DNA of 26,603 nt. Origin: Thermodesulfobacteriota bacterium (GTDB lineage: Bacteria; Desulfobacterota_D; UBA1144; Nemesobacterales; N074bin48). The DNA lies in contig JBFFSH010000032.1 in NCBI GenBank assembly GCA_041572575.1, positions 1 to 26,603 of the forward strand, read 5' to 3'. The translations under genes were made by a program, and so were the position numbers. The notes under the pieces were generated by a model. That model searched no databases and was not told where the DNA came from. It saw only the letters and a list, made by a program, of their open reading frames with translations. Shown here piece by piece: positions 26,446 to 26,603 of this stretch (position 1 is the stretch's first letter; each line of letters opens with the position of its first letter).

Positions 26446-26603
26446 TGACCTTCACCCTGCAAACTGAACCAGGTAAAAGTAGAGAAATCTGGCAAAATAA
26501 TGCAATAAATCAGGAGGTATTTTGCCATGAGGAAGTCAAGATTTACAGAACAACAGATAGCTTTTGCTTTAAAGCAGGCGGAGACAGGGACAAGGGTATC
26601 CGA
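26446..26603 (+). mobile_element. Left end of an IS3-family (IS407-like) element, truncated
   Basis: Begins 5'-TGACCTTCACCC, an IS3-type TG end, followed by an SD and orfA. Confidence 0.8.
26527..26603 (+). CDS. IS3-family transposase OrfA, partial
   Basis: AGGAGG SD; MRKSRFTEQQIAFALKQAETGTRVS matches IS407-group OrfA N-termini. Confidence 0.85.
   Translation, partial: MRKSRFTEQQIAFALKQAETGTRVS

Overview
Low-GC bacterial chromosomal segment, truncated at both ends by insertion sequences: an IS1595/IS1016-like transposase start at 1-140 that is absent from the ORF track, and an IS3-family left end from 26446. Left half: two secreted proteins, an FG-GAP/beta-propeller adhesin-like protein and an M23 peptidase, share a closely similar ~190-aa Cys-rich C-terminal module. 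The adhesin gene sits behind a sigma70 promoter and a c-di-GMP-I riboswitch. These are followed by a fatty acid desaturase, two stand-alone GAF proteins each with a sigma54 promoter, an HtpX-like protease, an unlisted 40-aa membrane peptide, hisB-hisH, a TPR-Slt lytic transglycosylase, an OppC-type permease, queF and tRNA-Gln(CTG). Right half: a ~8.7-kb integrative element (15789-24455) inserted in the tRNA 3' end. It carries a large serine recombinase, a type IIG/ISP-like R-M gene with an AT-rich specificity region, a Rep_trans-like rolling-circle initiator, a winged-helix-like protein and two PD-(D/E)XK nucleases. Most notable observation: the attachment site lies inside the recombinase gene. 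The integrated C-terminus (WLGH*) is read from the antisense tRNA, while the native 22-aa tail appears stranded at the far end of the element and would be re-fused in frame on excision. The recombinase and the R-M gene each carry one in-frame stop codon. A DUF1326-DUF2182 pair follows. All family calls come from motif recognition, not database searches.
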